DNA of 35,398 nt. Origin: Myxococcota bacterium. Its GTDB lineage: Bacteria > Myxococcota_C > UBA6777. The notes under the pieces were generated by a model. The model did no database searches, had not been told where the DNA came from, and saw only the letters and a list, made by a program, of their open reading frames with translations. Within the stretch, counting starts at the first letter, position 1. Every line of letters begins with the position of its first letter. The stretch lies in assembly GCA_023150835.1 (NCBI GenBank), contig JAKLKB010000060.1:1-35398 (forward strand), written 5' to 3'. Positions 1-8,822 of this stretch are shown piece by piece. The position numbers were made by a program, and so were the translations under genes.

Positions 1-88
1 GGGGGGAAGTTGGAACGGGCAGCGTCTGCGTCTCGTGCATACAGCGTGCGTCACGAAAAAACAACATCCCCGCTGCTTCCGACTTTCG

Positions 89-127
89 CTCCCTCCCCTG
101 TTCACGGGGGAGGGCTGGGGTGGGGGG
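89..127. repeat. REP-like imperfect palindrome (CCCTCCCC...GGGGAGGG class)
   Basis: ctCCCTCCCCtgttcacgGGGGAGGGctggggtgggggg: 8-bp inverted arms followed by a G-rich tail, in intergenic DNA. Confidence 0.55.
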
Positions 128-152
128 CCAACAAGCGCTTCACCTAACGCCT

Positions 153-252
153 GTGGGGCGCGGCCCCACGCCCCGCAAGGGAGCTTTGCCCCCTTGACCC
201 CGAGAGGGGCGAAGAGAGCGATGGTTTTCCAAACGAACGACTCTGTCGCTTG
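153..252 (+). repeat. Dispersed ~100-bp intergenic repeat, copy A
   Basis: Starts with the GTGGGGC-gcg-GCCCCAC hairpin, contains TTGACCCC and ends GATGGTTTTCCAAACGAACGACTCTGTCGCTTG; aligns by eye with reverse-complement copies at 16415-16514 and 28824-28925. Confidence 0.85.
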
Positions 253-325
253 AAGTGTCGCGAACGCGGGGTTTTTTGTCCTCTGCGTGACTTTTCTCTC
301 TGTTGCTTTGTTGGGAGGATAGCGT

Positions 326-2053
326 TTGCAAGAAAAAACCATCCTGTATTACAGCCCTGTTGCGCGGCAGTTTGATCGTTTTTTGGAAGAGTTGGGCGAA
401 CTGCTCGGTGTGGTGGTACGCGCAGGGGGGGCGAGTGCAGTCACGACTTTCGGGGAATGTTCGCTGGTGTGGTTCCCTGTGCGCATGGCCCGCGATGTGA
501 TGGCCTTTTTGGATCGCCGTTATGTTCATTGGTTGGTGATGGATCTGCGCTTTCCTGCGGATTATGCGCCTAAAGATATCGAAGAAGATATCTGCGAAGT
601 GTATGCCTTGCTGCAACAGATGGACGAATTGGAAGACCTCGAAGCACGCTATGGATTCCATCGCATCGCAGCGTTGGTTGGGGCGGCTGAACCCGAGCCG
701 ATCGATGCTTTGTGCGTTTCTTTGGGGCATCGAGGGATCACGCATGTGATGCGTCAACACCCGCGAGGCTGCGCACCAAAAGAGCCGTATCTTGGGGCTT
801 TGATGCAGCATCTCGTGGCATGGATACGCAAACCACGCACACGAAAAAATGCCTTGTGCCTTTCAGGAGGCGGGATCACGGGGATCTTTTACGAGTTGGG
901 GGCCGTTAAGTGTCTCGATGATTGTTTGATCGGTGCGCCCGATGATCCCCTGCCACCGATCAATCAGTTCGATATGTACTTTGGGATCAGCGCAGGGGCC
1001 GTGAATTGTGGCATCCTGACGGCGGGCTACGCCGTCGAAGAGATGATGGCGGCCATCGCAGGTGTTCAAGGCGGTCGGATGGGTTCGTTGGATCTCAGCT
1101 TGTTTCACTTATCGCACTTTCACTTTTTCGATGTGATGCGGCGACTGCGTCAAGCCGTCCTCTCTTCGCTTGGAGCCGTTCAACGGGCTTTTTGGCGTCG
1201 TCAGTTTCCCGATCTCGACAAGCTACTCCTCGATTATACCGAGCTTGTCGGCCCTCCCTTTCACTCGAATCACTTTGAAAAACTGATCGCGGCCTTGTTG
1301 CAAGTCGAAGGAGCCACCAACGATTTTCGCGCCCTCCCAAGAGAGTTGTATATCGGTGCTTCCGACCAAGACGCCAAAAAACACGTCCTCTTTGGAGCCG
1401 AGGAACTTCGCGATATCCCGATCAGCAAAGCCATCCAAGCCTCGTTGAGCATCCATCCCGCTTTTTCCGCCGTCGAGATCGAAGGCCGTTATTATGAGGA
1501 TGGTGCTGTGACCAGTACATCCGGCTTTTCCGAAGCCATCCGACGCGGAGCCGATCTGATCTTTGTCTTCGATCCCTTTCTGCCCTTCGTCTCCAAAGAG
1601 GCCGGATACACCAACCGACGCGGCATCTTGTACAACATCGACCAAGATATCCGCACGATCTCTTTCACCCGCTACGAAAGCATCCGCAACTGGGCCTTGC
1701 GCAAGCATCCCAACGTCAGCTCCTATACCTTCGTCCCCTCAAACCGTTCGCGACAACTGCTCTCAAACAATCCCATGGATCATCGACCCTTTCTCCCGAT
1801 CTGGCGCGATGCCTACCTCTCTACCTTCCGACGGATCGAGATCCTCCGCCATCGTATCCAAGGCGATCTCGAAGCCCACGGATGGGGCCTTTCGCTCGAC
1901 AATGCCCGGCGTATCGCCGAACAACTCGAACACAACGAATCTCCCGCCTTTTCGGACTTCTTCTTGGAACGCGATGTCGTGATCCGCACTCCTCCCCTCT
2001 CTCTCCAACAATCCCCCCGAAAAAGAAGTGCTGTCGAAGAAACTTATGAATGA
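326..2053 (+). CDS. Patatin-like phospholipase with N-terminal extension
   Basis: Glycine-rich LSGGG oxyanion motif, G-x-S-x-G nucleophile motif (GISAG) and catalytic DG-x motif (EDGAV); ~170-aa N-terminal region of unknown fold. TTG start uncertain. Confidence 0.85.
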   Translation: MQEKTILYYSPVARQFDRFLEELGELLGVVVRAGGASAVTTFGECSLVWFPVRMARDVMAFLDRRYVHWLVMDLRFPADYAPKDIEEDICEVYALLQQMDELEDLEARYGFHRIAALVGAAEPEPIDALCVSLGHRGITHVMRQHPRGCAPKEPYLGALMQHLVAWIRKPRTRKNALCLSGGGITGIFYELGAVKCLDDCLIGAPDDPLPPINQFDMYFGISAGAVNCGILTAGYAVEEMMAAIAGVQGGRMGSLDLSLFHLSHFHFFDVMRRLRQAVLSSLGAVQRAFWRRQFPDLDKLLLDYTELVGPPFHSNHFEKLIAALLQVEGATNDFRALPRELYIGASDQDAKKHVLFGAEELRDIPISKAIQASLSIHPAFSAVEIEGRYYEDGAVTSTSGFSEAIRRGADLIFVFDPFLPFVSKEAGYTNRRGILYNIDQDIRTISFTRYESIRNWALRKHPNVSSYTFVPSNRSRQLLSNNPMDHRPFLPIWRDAYLSTFRRIEILRHRIQGDLEAHGWGLSLDNARRIAEQLEHNESPAFSDFFLERDVVIRTPPLSLQQSPRKRSAVEETYE

Positions 2054-2206
2054 TTTTTTTGCAAGAGAGTTTTGTGTCTTGCCAAGGAGTGCTTGTTTGT
2101 GCGAGCGTTCGGGGGTCTTTGAGGATTCTGACTTGGGTTCCCGACGGGTCGGGTCTGCGCTTTTTTGGGTCGGGTTTGCCTGATCGAGTCAAAAGGAAGG
2201 ATCGGG

Positions 2207-3838
2207 ATGGAGCGTCGAGGATTGTGGTTGGGGTCCGTGTGGGTTCGTGCGTTTGTGTTGGGTTGTGGTGTCGGGGTGAGTGTGTGGATGTTTGTTGTTT
2301 CTCGCCCGTTTTATCATGATGACGCGTACATCACGTTGCGCTACGCTCATCATCTTTTGCAAGGCCAAGGCATCGTGTGGAATCTGGGGGAGTCTCTACA
2401 AGGTTACACCAACTTTCTGCATTTGGTGCTGATCGCGGGGTTGGGTGCTTGTGGGGTGGATCTGGTTGTGGCTTCGCGTTTCGTGGGGGGCGGGGCCTTT
2501 GCAGGGCTGCTGTTGGGTGTCTTTTGGCTTCGATCTGTTTGGGAATTGCCAACGGCACAACGGACTTTCTCGGTACAAGAAGGCGCACCAGAGGCTCTTT
2601 CAGTACAAGAAGGCGCACAAGGGGCTTGGTTTCTGTCGTTTGTGTTGCTGTTGACGTCGGCTCCTTTAGTGGTTTGGTCGTGGGGAGGGCTGGAGGGCAA
2701 TTTGTTTGCGTGTTTCGTCGCTGTCGGGGCGTTGTTGGTGATGGCGGCCTCAAGACATCCCAAGCCGCTTCGGTTGGCGAGTGCTGCGGGGATGGTGTTG
2801 GCGTGGTCTTGTCTGGTTCGCCCAGAGGGGTGGTTGTTTTGGGGGATCTCTTGGTTGTGGCTGGGTTGGTTTGTTGCCCGCCCGCTGGGTTCGGTTCGGT
2901 TGTTTGGCGCGTATGGGATCGGCGGTTTGTTGTGCCTTGTGCCTTATTTGTGTTGGCAATACGCCTATTATGGCGAACTCATCCCCAACACTTTTTATGT
3001 CAAGGTGGGGGTTCCGTTGGGGTTGCGGCTTGGGCTTGGTGTGTCGTATTTTTGGAAGTACTTGTGGTGGATGCCTTGCTTGTATCTGTTGGCGCTGTTG
3101 GGGTGGGTGGGGTGGGTGTATCGCGTGCGCAAAGGCGAGGATCTCAAGGAACTCGGCTACTTGTTTGGGTTGATCGGAGCGTATGGTGTGTATGTTGTGT
3201 ACGCGGGGGGCGATCACATGCCTTCGTTTCGGTTTGGTTTGCCGTTGATTCCGCTGATGTGTTTCGTGGGGGTGATGGCTTTTGCGGGGACAAGGTTGTT
3301 GCGCGATCGGCGTTGGGTTCACGGTTTGGCTTTGTGTTTTGTGGGACTGGCGCTCTACTCCACAAAACACCCGATGGTGCTACCGCGAACAACGAATATC
3401 GCGGCAGATGTCGGCGCGATCGTCGGGAAATATATTCGGGAGGCATGGCCCAAAGGTGCGTTGGTGGCTTTGAATACGGCGGGTTCGACGCCCTATTACG
3501 CGACTGAGCATCGTTACATCGATATGCTGGGTTTGAACGATCGTGCAATCGCCCGTCGAAAGGTCAACAAGATCGAAGTACCTTGGCAGCGCGCCCCGGG
3601 TCATTTCAAGGGAGATGGGCGTTATGTGCTATCACGACGCCCCGATTACATCATCGTGGGACCCGCAAATGGCACGACCATCGACAAGCCTTGGTTTCTT
3701 TCAGACCTTGAAATGCAACGTGATCCGCGTTTTCATGCAGAGTACGAGATGTTTCGATTTCCGCTCGACCGGCAGGGGCGGGTTTCTGTGAACTGGTCGA
3801 TCTTGTTCACCTATTACAAGAGGCGGGATACCCGCTAA
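2207..3838 (+). CDS. Multi-pass membrane glycosyltransferase, GT-C-like (AftB/PMT-like)
   Basis: DDAYITLRYA motif after the first TM helix, then G-x-TN, RPEG, PNTFYVK, GGDHM and a C-terminal IDMLGLND...PDYI soluble domain; many hydrophobic segments. ATG at 2207 preferred over the ORF start at 2165. Confidence 0.75.
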   Translation: MERRGLWLGSVWVRAFVLGCGVGVSVWMFVVSRPFYHDDAYITLRYAHHLLQGQGIVWNLGESLQGYTNFLHLVLIAGLGACGVDLVVASRFVGGGAFAGLLLGVFWLRSVWELPTAQRTFSVQEGAPEALSVQEGAQGAWFLSFVLLLTSAPLVVWSWGGLEGNLFACFVAVGALLVMAASRHPKPLRLASAAGMVLAWSCLVRPEGWLFWGISWLWLGWFVARPLGSVRLFGAYGIGGLLCLVPYLCWQYAYYGELIPNTFYVKVGVPLGLRLGLGVSYFWKYLWWMPCLYLLALLGWVGWVYRVRKGEDLKELGYLFGLIGAYGVYVVYAGGDHMPSFRFGLPLIPLMCFVGVMAFAGTRLLRDRRWVHGLALCFVGLALYSTKHPMVLPRTTNIAADVGAIVGKYIREAWPKGALVALNTAGSTPYYATEHRYIDMLGLNDRAIARRKVNKIEVPWQRAPGHFKGDGRYVLSRRPDYIIVGPANGTTIDKPWFLSDLEMQRDPRFHAEYEMFRFPLDRQGRVSVNWSILFTYYKRRDTR

Positions 3839-3874
3839 TTTTAGCTATCGCAAGGTGAGCGGGATACCCGCTAA
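3823..3874. repeat. 16-bp direct repeat (GCGGGATACCCGCTAA x2), each copy a small hairpin, between convergent genes
   Basis: Identical 16-mers at 3823-3838 and 3859-3874; GCGGG-ATA-CCCGC stem; each copy is followed by a T-rich run. Confidence 0.7.
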
Positions 3875-4881
3875 ATTTTTTTCCTTGAGCGTTTGGGCGT
3901 GGGTTCGTCGATCACGCCGTCGAGGATCGCGCCCGGGAATCGGGCCTCTTCGAGGATGGCTCCCGAAAAATCCGCGCCCGTCAGATCCGCACACTCAAAG
4001 TCCGCTCCCGTCAAATCGGCATGGCGAAAATTCGCCCCCACAAGGCGCGAACCCGAAAAGTCCGTGTACTGGAGCTTTGCGCCTTCAAACAACGCACCGT
4101 CAAAGATCGCATCTGTGGCGATGCTGTGCGTCATGTCGGCTTGCGTGAAGTTGGCTTCTTTGGCAGAACAGCCCGAGAGATCCGCGTAGGACAGATCGGC
4201 TTTTTTGGCTTGTGTGCCTGCGATGTTTTTGAGCCGCAAGACCGCTTGTGTGCCTTCGCTGGCTTGCGCTCCGACGTACATATTGAGCGGTAGCCCCGAC
4301 ACCGAGAGCAGTTGCCAAGAGCCGCCCGCACCGCCGCTTTGAAGGAAGCGTTTGTGTTCTTCGATAAGGGCTTTCCATGCTTTTTTGTCGAGGGGAGGCG
4401 TGCTTTGAGCGAGGCTTTCGATCATCGTCCGATCCATGCTGCGGCTTGAAGGCTCGTTGCAAGAAGGGAATCGTTGTGCGCGTTGGTAGGCTTCGCGTCC
4501 TTCGGGAGTTTCTGAGATGTGCAGCAAGATCACCACTTCTTGACCGAGCCATCGAGTCAGGGCCGTAGCCTCAGTCTCGTTGAGTCCTTTGGACATCAAC
4601 AAGGACAGGATCTGTTCGGTGGGGGTGTCTTTGGGCAGTGCGTTTTCATACAAATTGGCGGTGAATCCGCCTTCTCCGCCACAAGGCCAGTACCATGCGA
4701 ATCCGGCCTTGGCTCCGCGTGTGATGTAATCGAAGATCCCGCCCATCCATGTTTGTTCGCAATCGTTGGCGTTATCAAAGTAGAGTTGGGCTTGAGTGGG
4801 CTTTTGTTTTTTCTTGTAGCCGATGCAGGTCATCCCTTCGGCGACCATCTCGTCAAACAGCGCGTATTTACGATCACGCAA
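3871..4881 (-). CDS. Pentapeptide-repeat protein with uncharacterised N-terminal region
   Basis: C-terminal A(D/N)(L/F)xx repeats (ADLSY ADLSG, ANFTQ ADMTH, ANFRH ADLTG ADFEC ADLTG ADFSG); start codon uncertain. Confidence 0.75.
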   Translation of the reverse strand: MRDRKYALFDEMVAEGMTCIGYKKKQKPTQAQLYFDNANDCEQTWMGGIFDYITRGAKAGFAWYWPCGGEGGFTANLYENALPKDTPTEQILSLLMSKGLNETEATALTRWLGQEVVILLHISETPEGREAYQRAQRFPSCNEPSSRSMDRTMIESLAQSTPPLDKKAWKALIEEHKRFLQSGGAGGSWQLLSVSGLPLNMYVGAQASEGTQAVLRLKNIAGTQAKKADLSYADLSGCSAKEANFTQADMTHSIATDAIFDGALFEGAKLQYTDFSGSRLVGANFRHADLTGADFECADLTGADFSGAILEEARFPGAILDGVIDEPTPKRSRKKI

Positions 4882-5006
4882 CGGGCGGATGCCGTATCAT
4901 TCCCACGGCACGGAGGAGCAGATGATTTTCGTAGGGGGATATGCAGTGAGCGTGAAGAGAGCGTGCTGAAAGAGGCGGCTGTTTTGTGTGGGGAGGGCCT
5001 TGAGGG

Positions 5007-5795
5007 TTAGGGCGTTTTGGGGGCGGGGGCTTTGCGTGCTCGTTTGTGAAGAACGGGTAGGGCTTCGCGCTTTTTGGGATCTTTGGCATACAAGAACTGC
5101 ATGTGGCGATCCGCTTCGGCTTGGATATCCAAAAAGAAAGTCCACGCACGATCGCGTTCGAGGCGAGCTTCTTCGGAAACGCTTTCGCTTTGGGTGGGGG
5201 CAAGCAAAGCCTCTGCCATACTTTGCAGCGATGTGATCTGTGCGGGAGTGAGCAGTTCTTTTTGGAGGATCGTCGCCTTGTACGTTTCGACCGCTCTGGA
5301 GAGGTCTTGCAGGTCGTTTGCACGATCCACATAGCCCGTACCCGGCTTCACTTTTTCGATCACCTCTTCCACTTTTTTGTCACCAAACCCCACAACCCGC
5401 AGCACTTGGATCACGTATTCCTTCAATACCCCTGCTTCTTCGTATTTTTCTTGCGCCGCTATCGAGTTTGGATCAAGCAATTCGACCGCACGTTGCGCCG
5501 ACCAAAACGCCAATGCCGCTTTGCGTAGCAAGGCAAATTGTTTTTCAGGAACACTCACAAACGTCGCACGCAATGCAGGCAGCGCTTCTTTGAGCTTGGC
5601 GTCCATCCGCGTCGCGTAAGCCGATGCCTGTGCGCCTGAGAGCCGAGGCTTCCGGAGTTCTTCTTCTTTCAACGCCGCAAGGTGTTCTCGGAGTGCATCA
5701 AGGGCTTCTTGTGCTTCGCTCTCGTTAAGCTTCTCGCTGTCTTCGTCGTGTGGGCCTTCTCCCAAGGCATCTTTCCATGTCTGGCTTTCTGTCAT
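5007..5795 (-). CDS. Hypothetical protein (predicted helical, 262 aa)
   Basis: ATG preceded by GGAG; protein-like composition with GTGYVDRANDL and RDRAWTFF segments and a basic Pro-rich tail. No function recognised. Confidence 0.7.
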   Translation of the reverse strand: MTESQTWKDALGEGPHDEDSEKLNESEAQEALDALREHLAALKEEELRKPRLSGAQASAYATRMDAKLKEALPALRATFVSVPEKQFALLRKAALAFWSAQRAVELLDPNSIAAQEKYEEAGVLKEYVIQVLRVVGFGDKKVEEVIEKVKPGTGYVDRANDLQDLSRAVETYKATILQKELLTPAQITSLQSMAEALLAPTQSESVSEEARLERDRAWTFFLDIQAEADRHMQFLYAKDPKKREALPVLHKRARKAPAPKTP

Positions 5796-5980
5796 GGTCG
5801 CTCTCCATCTTGTTTTGGCGTTGGTGTTTCAAACCGCTTTCTGTTGACCGCAAGGGCGAGAACGCGGGGTTTTTGGGTAGCTGGCTCCTCTGAGAAACAC
5901 CCTCGCTTTTAACATACGCTCTCAACAAAGCGCAAGCATCCTCCGAAAGCATCGAAGATCACGCCCAATGGGCGGCGGTC

Positions 5981-6349
5981 GCTTGTTTGGTAATGTGGGA
6001 TTGCGGTGGAGGCTGTGGTACAGCCTGTTTGGTAATGTGGGATTGCGGTGGAAGCTGTGGGACAGCCTGTTTGGCAATGTGGGATTGCGGCGGAGGCTGT
6101 GAGACAGCTTGTTTGGTAATGTGGGATTGCGGTGGAGGCTGTGAGACAGCTTGTTTGGTAATGTGGGATTGCGGCGGAGGCTGTGAGACAGCTTGTTTGG
6201 TAATGTGGGATTGCGGCGGAGGCTGTGAGACAGCTTGTTTGGTAATGTGGGATTGCGGCGGAGGCTGTGAGACAGCCTGTTTGGTAATGTGGGGTTGCGG
6301 TGGAGGCTGTGAGACAGCTTGTTTGGTAATGTGGGATTGCGGTGGAGGC
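5981..6349. repeat. 42-bp tandem repeat (VNTR), ~8.8 copies
   Basis: Unit GC(T/C)TGTTTGGTAATGTGGGATTGCGG(T/C)GGAGGCTGTGAGACA starting at 5981, 6023, 6065, 6107, 6149, 6191, 6233, 6275 and 6317 (last copy partial); no spacers. Confidence 0.95.
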
Positions 6350-6515
6350 AGCGGTATGGCTTGTGGCTTGTGGCGTGAGGCTTTCCTTGTCGATGCTTGC
6401 TTTGCTTTCTTTGCTTTCTTGAGGATGGGTGTTATACCATCCGCAGATGAAGGCGATACACGCAATAAAGCGCACCGTCAACGGCTGTTTTTCTCAGGAT
6501 GTGATGGGAGTTGGG

Positions 6516-8822
6516 ATGGATCAGGCAACGCACAACAAGATCGTATCTTTTCTTTGGGGGATCGCGGACGACGTTTTGCGCGACCTGTTTAGGCGCGGCA
6601 AGTATCCCGATGTGATCTTGCCGATGTGCGTCTTGCGCCGTTTGGATGCCGTACTCGAACCCACAAAACCCGCCGTTCTGGAAACCAAATCGCTCCTTGA
6701 TGAAGCAGGGATCTTGGATCAACACGCCGCACTTTGCGGGGCGTCTGGTCAGGCTTTTTACAACACCTCCCCATTTTGCCTTCGGGATCTCAAGTCGCGT
6801 GACACCACCCAGAAACTGCTTGCTGATTTTGAGGACTATCTCAACGGCTTTTCCAAAGATGTTCAAGATATCCTCGACAACTTCAAGTTTCGCAATCAGC
6901 TTGCGACACTCTCCAAAGCCGATGCGCTCGGAACCTTGGTCGAAAAGTTCCTCCATCCTGAGATCGATCTCAGTCCCGCAGGACTGGACAATCATGCGAT
7001 GGGAACGGTGTTTGAAGAGTTGGTGCGGCGCTTTAACGAAGAGAACAACGAAGAAGCGGGAGAACACTGGACGCCTCGTGATGCTGTGCGCTTGATGTCG
7101 AACCTCGTCTTTTTGCCCGTGGCCTCGCAGATCAAAGCGGGAACGTATCTGATCTATGATTGCGCTTGTGGGACAGGCGGGATGCTGACCGTGGCTGAAG
7201 AGACCTTGATGGAGATCGCCACCCAGCGCGGCCAACAAGTCAACGCACACCTGTACGGACAAGAGATCAATCCCGAAACTTACGCGATCTGCAAAGCCGA
7301 TATGTTGATCAAAGGAGAAGGAGAAAACGCCGAGAATATCAAAGGGGGTGCACAGTATTCGACGCTCTCCAACGATGCGTTCCCTGCGATGGCCTTTGAT
7401 TTCATGCTCGCCAACCCACCCTACGGCAAAAGCTGGAAAAAAGACCTTGAGCAGATGGGCGGCAAAGACGGGATGACGGACGCACGTTTTCGTGTGATGC
7501 ACAAAGGCGAGGAGCTTTTATTTCGGACGCGTTCAAGCGACGGGCAGATGCTTTTTCTCGCCAACATGGTCTCCAAGATGAACCACAAGAGCGACTTGGG
7601 ATCGCGCATCGCAGAAGTCCACAACGGAAGCTCGCTCTTTACGGGGGACGCTGGACAGGGAGAGAGCAATATCCGCCGTTGGATCATCGAAAACGATTGG
7701 TTGGAAGCTATCGTTGCGCTGCCGTTGAACCTCTTCTACAACACAGGCATCGCCACATACATCTGGGTTCTCTCGAATCGCAAGGCCGCACATCGTCAAG
7801 GCAAAGTCCAGCTTATCGATGCCTCTTCATGGTTTCAGCCTTTGCGAAAGAACCTCGGCAAGAAGAATTGCGAGCTTTCCCCTGCGGATATCCAACGCAT
7901 CTGCGATACCTTCCTTGCTTTTGAAGAAACCCCACAATCCAAGATCTTTCCGAACGAAGCCTTTGGATACCACAAGATCGTGGTCGAGCGGCCCTTGCGT
8001 CTGCACAGCCAGCTTTCCACTCCACGCATCCAAACGCTGCGCTTTGCTTCGGGGGATGAAGATCTGCGCTCCGTCTTGTTCGATGCTTTTGGCGATGCCT
8101 TGGCGGAGGACTTCGCTTCGGTCGCTGCGGAGGTGCAAGCGCGTCTGGATGCGTGGGGAACTGAAGACGTCGAAGACAGCGACGACGAAGAAGGCCCATC
8201 GAAAAAAGGCTTGCCGAAAAAGAAGAAAGACAAACTGCTCGATCCAAAGACATGGAAACGCGATGCGCGGCTTGTGGAGGTCGCAACGCTTTTGCGCGCC
8301 GAACTTGGCGGGGAGCTTTTCACGGATCACAACGTCTTTTGTGAGCGGGTGGACGACGCACTCAAGCGCCACGCCACGAAGTTGACCGCTGCGGATCGCA
8401 AAGCCTTGTTGCAAGCCGTCAGTTGGCGCGTTGAAGACGCTCCCCCTGTGATCGCCAAAAAGCACAAGCCAAGCAAAGTTAGCGCCGCTCCGTTGTTTGG
8501 ACTCTTTGAAGTCACGCTCCACGGGAATGTCTTTGTGGTCGAGTACGAAAGCGACAGCGAGATCCGCGATGCCGAGCAGATCCCCTTGCTCGAAGAGGGC
8601 GGTATCGAAGCCTTTTTCCGCCGCGAAGTCTTGCCTTACACCCCCGATGCGTGGATCAAACAAGACGCCACCAAGATCGGCTACGAGATCAGCTTCACAC
8701 GCCACTTTTATCAACCCAAGCCGCTTCGCTCCCTCGCCGAGATCCAAGCGGATATCCTTGCACTCCAAAAAGAAACCGCTGGCTTGTTGGATGGACTCTT
8801 TCAAGAGGAGATTGTGTCATGA
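6516..8822 (+). CDS. hsdM: Type I restriction-modification methyltransferase subunit (m6A)
   Basis: HsdM N-terminus (KIVSFLWGIADDVLRD), GEHWTPR, motif I DCACGTGG, YGQE, motif IV NPPY, LFYNTGIATYIW. ATG 6516 chosen because the family-typical N-terminus begins there. Confidence 0.95.
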   Translation: MDQATHNKIVSFLWGIADDVLRDLFRRGKYPDVILPMCVLRRLDAVLEPTKPAVLETKSLLDEAGILDQHAALCGASGQAFYNTSPFCLRDLKSRDTTQKLLADFEDYLNGFSKDVQDILDNFKFRNQLATLSKADALGTLVEKFLHPEIDLSPAGLDNHAMGTVFEELVRRFNEENNEEAGEHWTPRDAVRLMSNLVFLPVASQIKAGTYLIYDCACGTGGMLTVAEETLMEIATQRGQQVNAHLYGQEINPETYAICKADMLIKGEGENAENIKGGAQYSTLSNDAFPAMAFDFMLANPPYGKSWKKDLEQMGGKDGMTDARFRVMHKGEELLFRTRSSDGQMLFLANMVSKMNHKSDLGSRIAEVHNGSSLFTGDAGQGESNIRRWIIENDWLEAIVALPLNLFYNTGIATYIWVLSNRKAAHRQGKVQLIDASSWFQPLRKNLGKKNCELSPADIQRICDTFLAFEETPQSKIFPNEAFGYHKIVVERPLRLHSQLSTPRIQTLRFASGDEDLRSVLFDAFGDALAEDFASVAAEVQARLDAWGTEDVEDSDDEEGPSKKGLPKKKKDKLLDPKTWKRDARLVEVATLLRAELGGELFTDHNVFCERVDDALKRHATKLTAADRKALLQAVSWRVEDAPPVIAKKHKPSKVSAAPLFGLFEVTLHGNVFVVEYESDSEIRDAEQIPLLEEGGIEAFFRREVLPYTPDAWIKQDATKIGYEISFTRHFYQPKPLRSLAEIQADILALQKETAGLLDGLFQEEIVS

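Noticed and set aside
2570-2629. 30-bp in-frame duplication (SVQEGAPEAL/SVQEGAQGAW) in the glycosyltransferase
   Set aside because: Real, but a simple loop duplication that preserves the frame; no sign of functional significance.
5981-6349. CRISPR array
   Set aside because: Units are contiguous 42-bp copies with no unique spacers, and no cas genes are present in the window.
5909-6592. ORFs 5909-6481(-), 5959-6465(-) and 5987-6592(+) as real genes
   Set aside because: They are open mainly because the 42-bp unit lacks stops; they overlap one another, one overlaps hsdM, and none has a convincing RBS.
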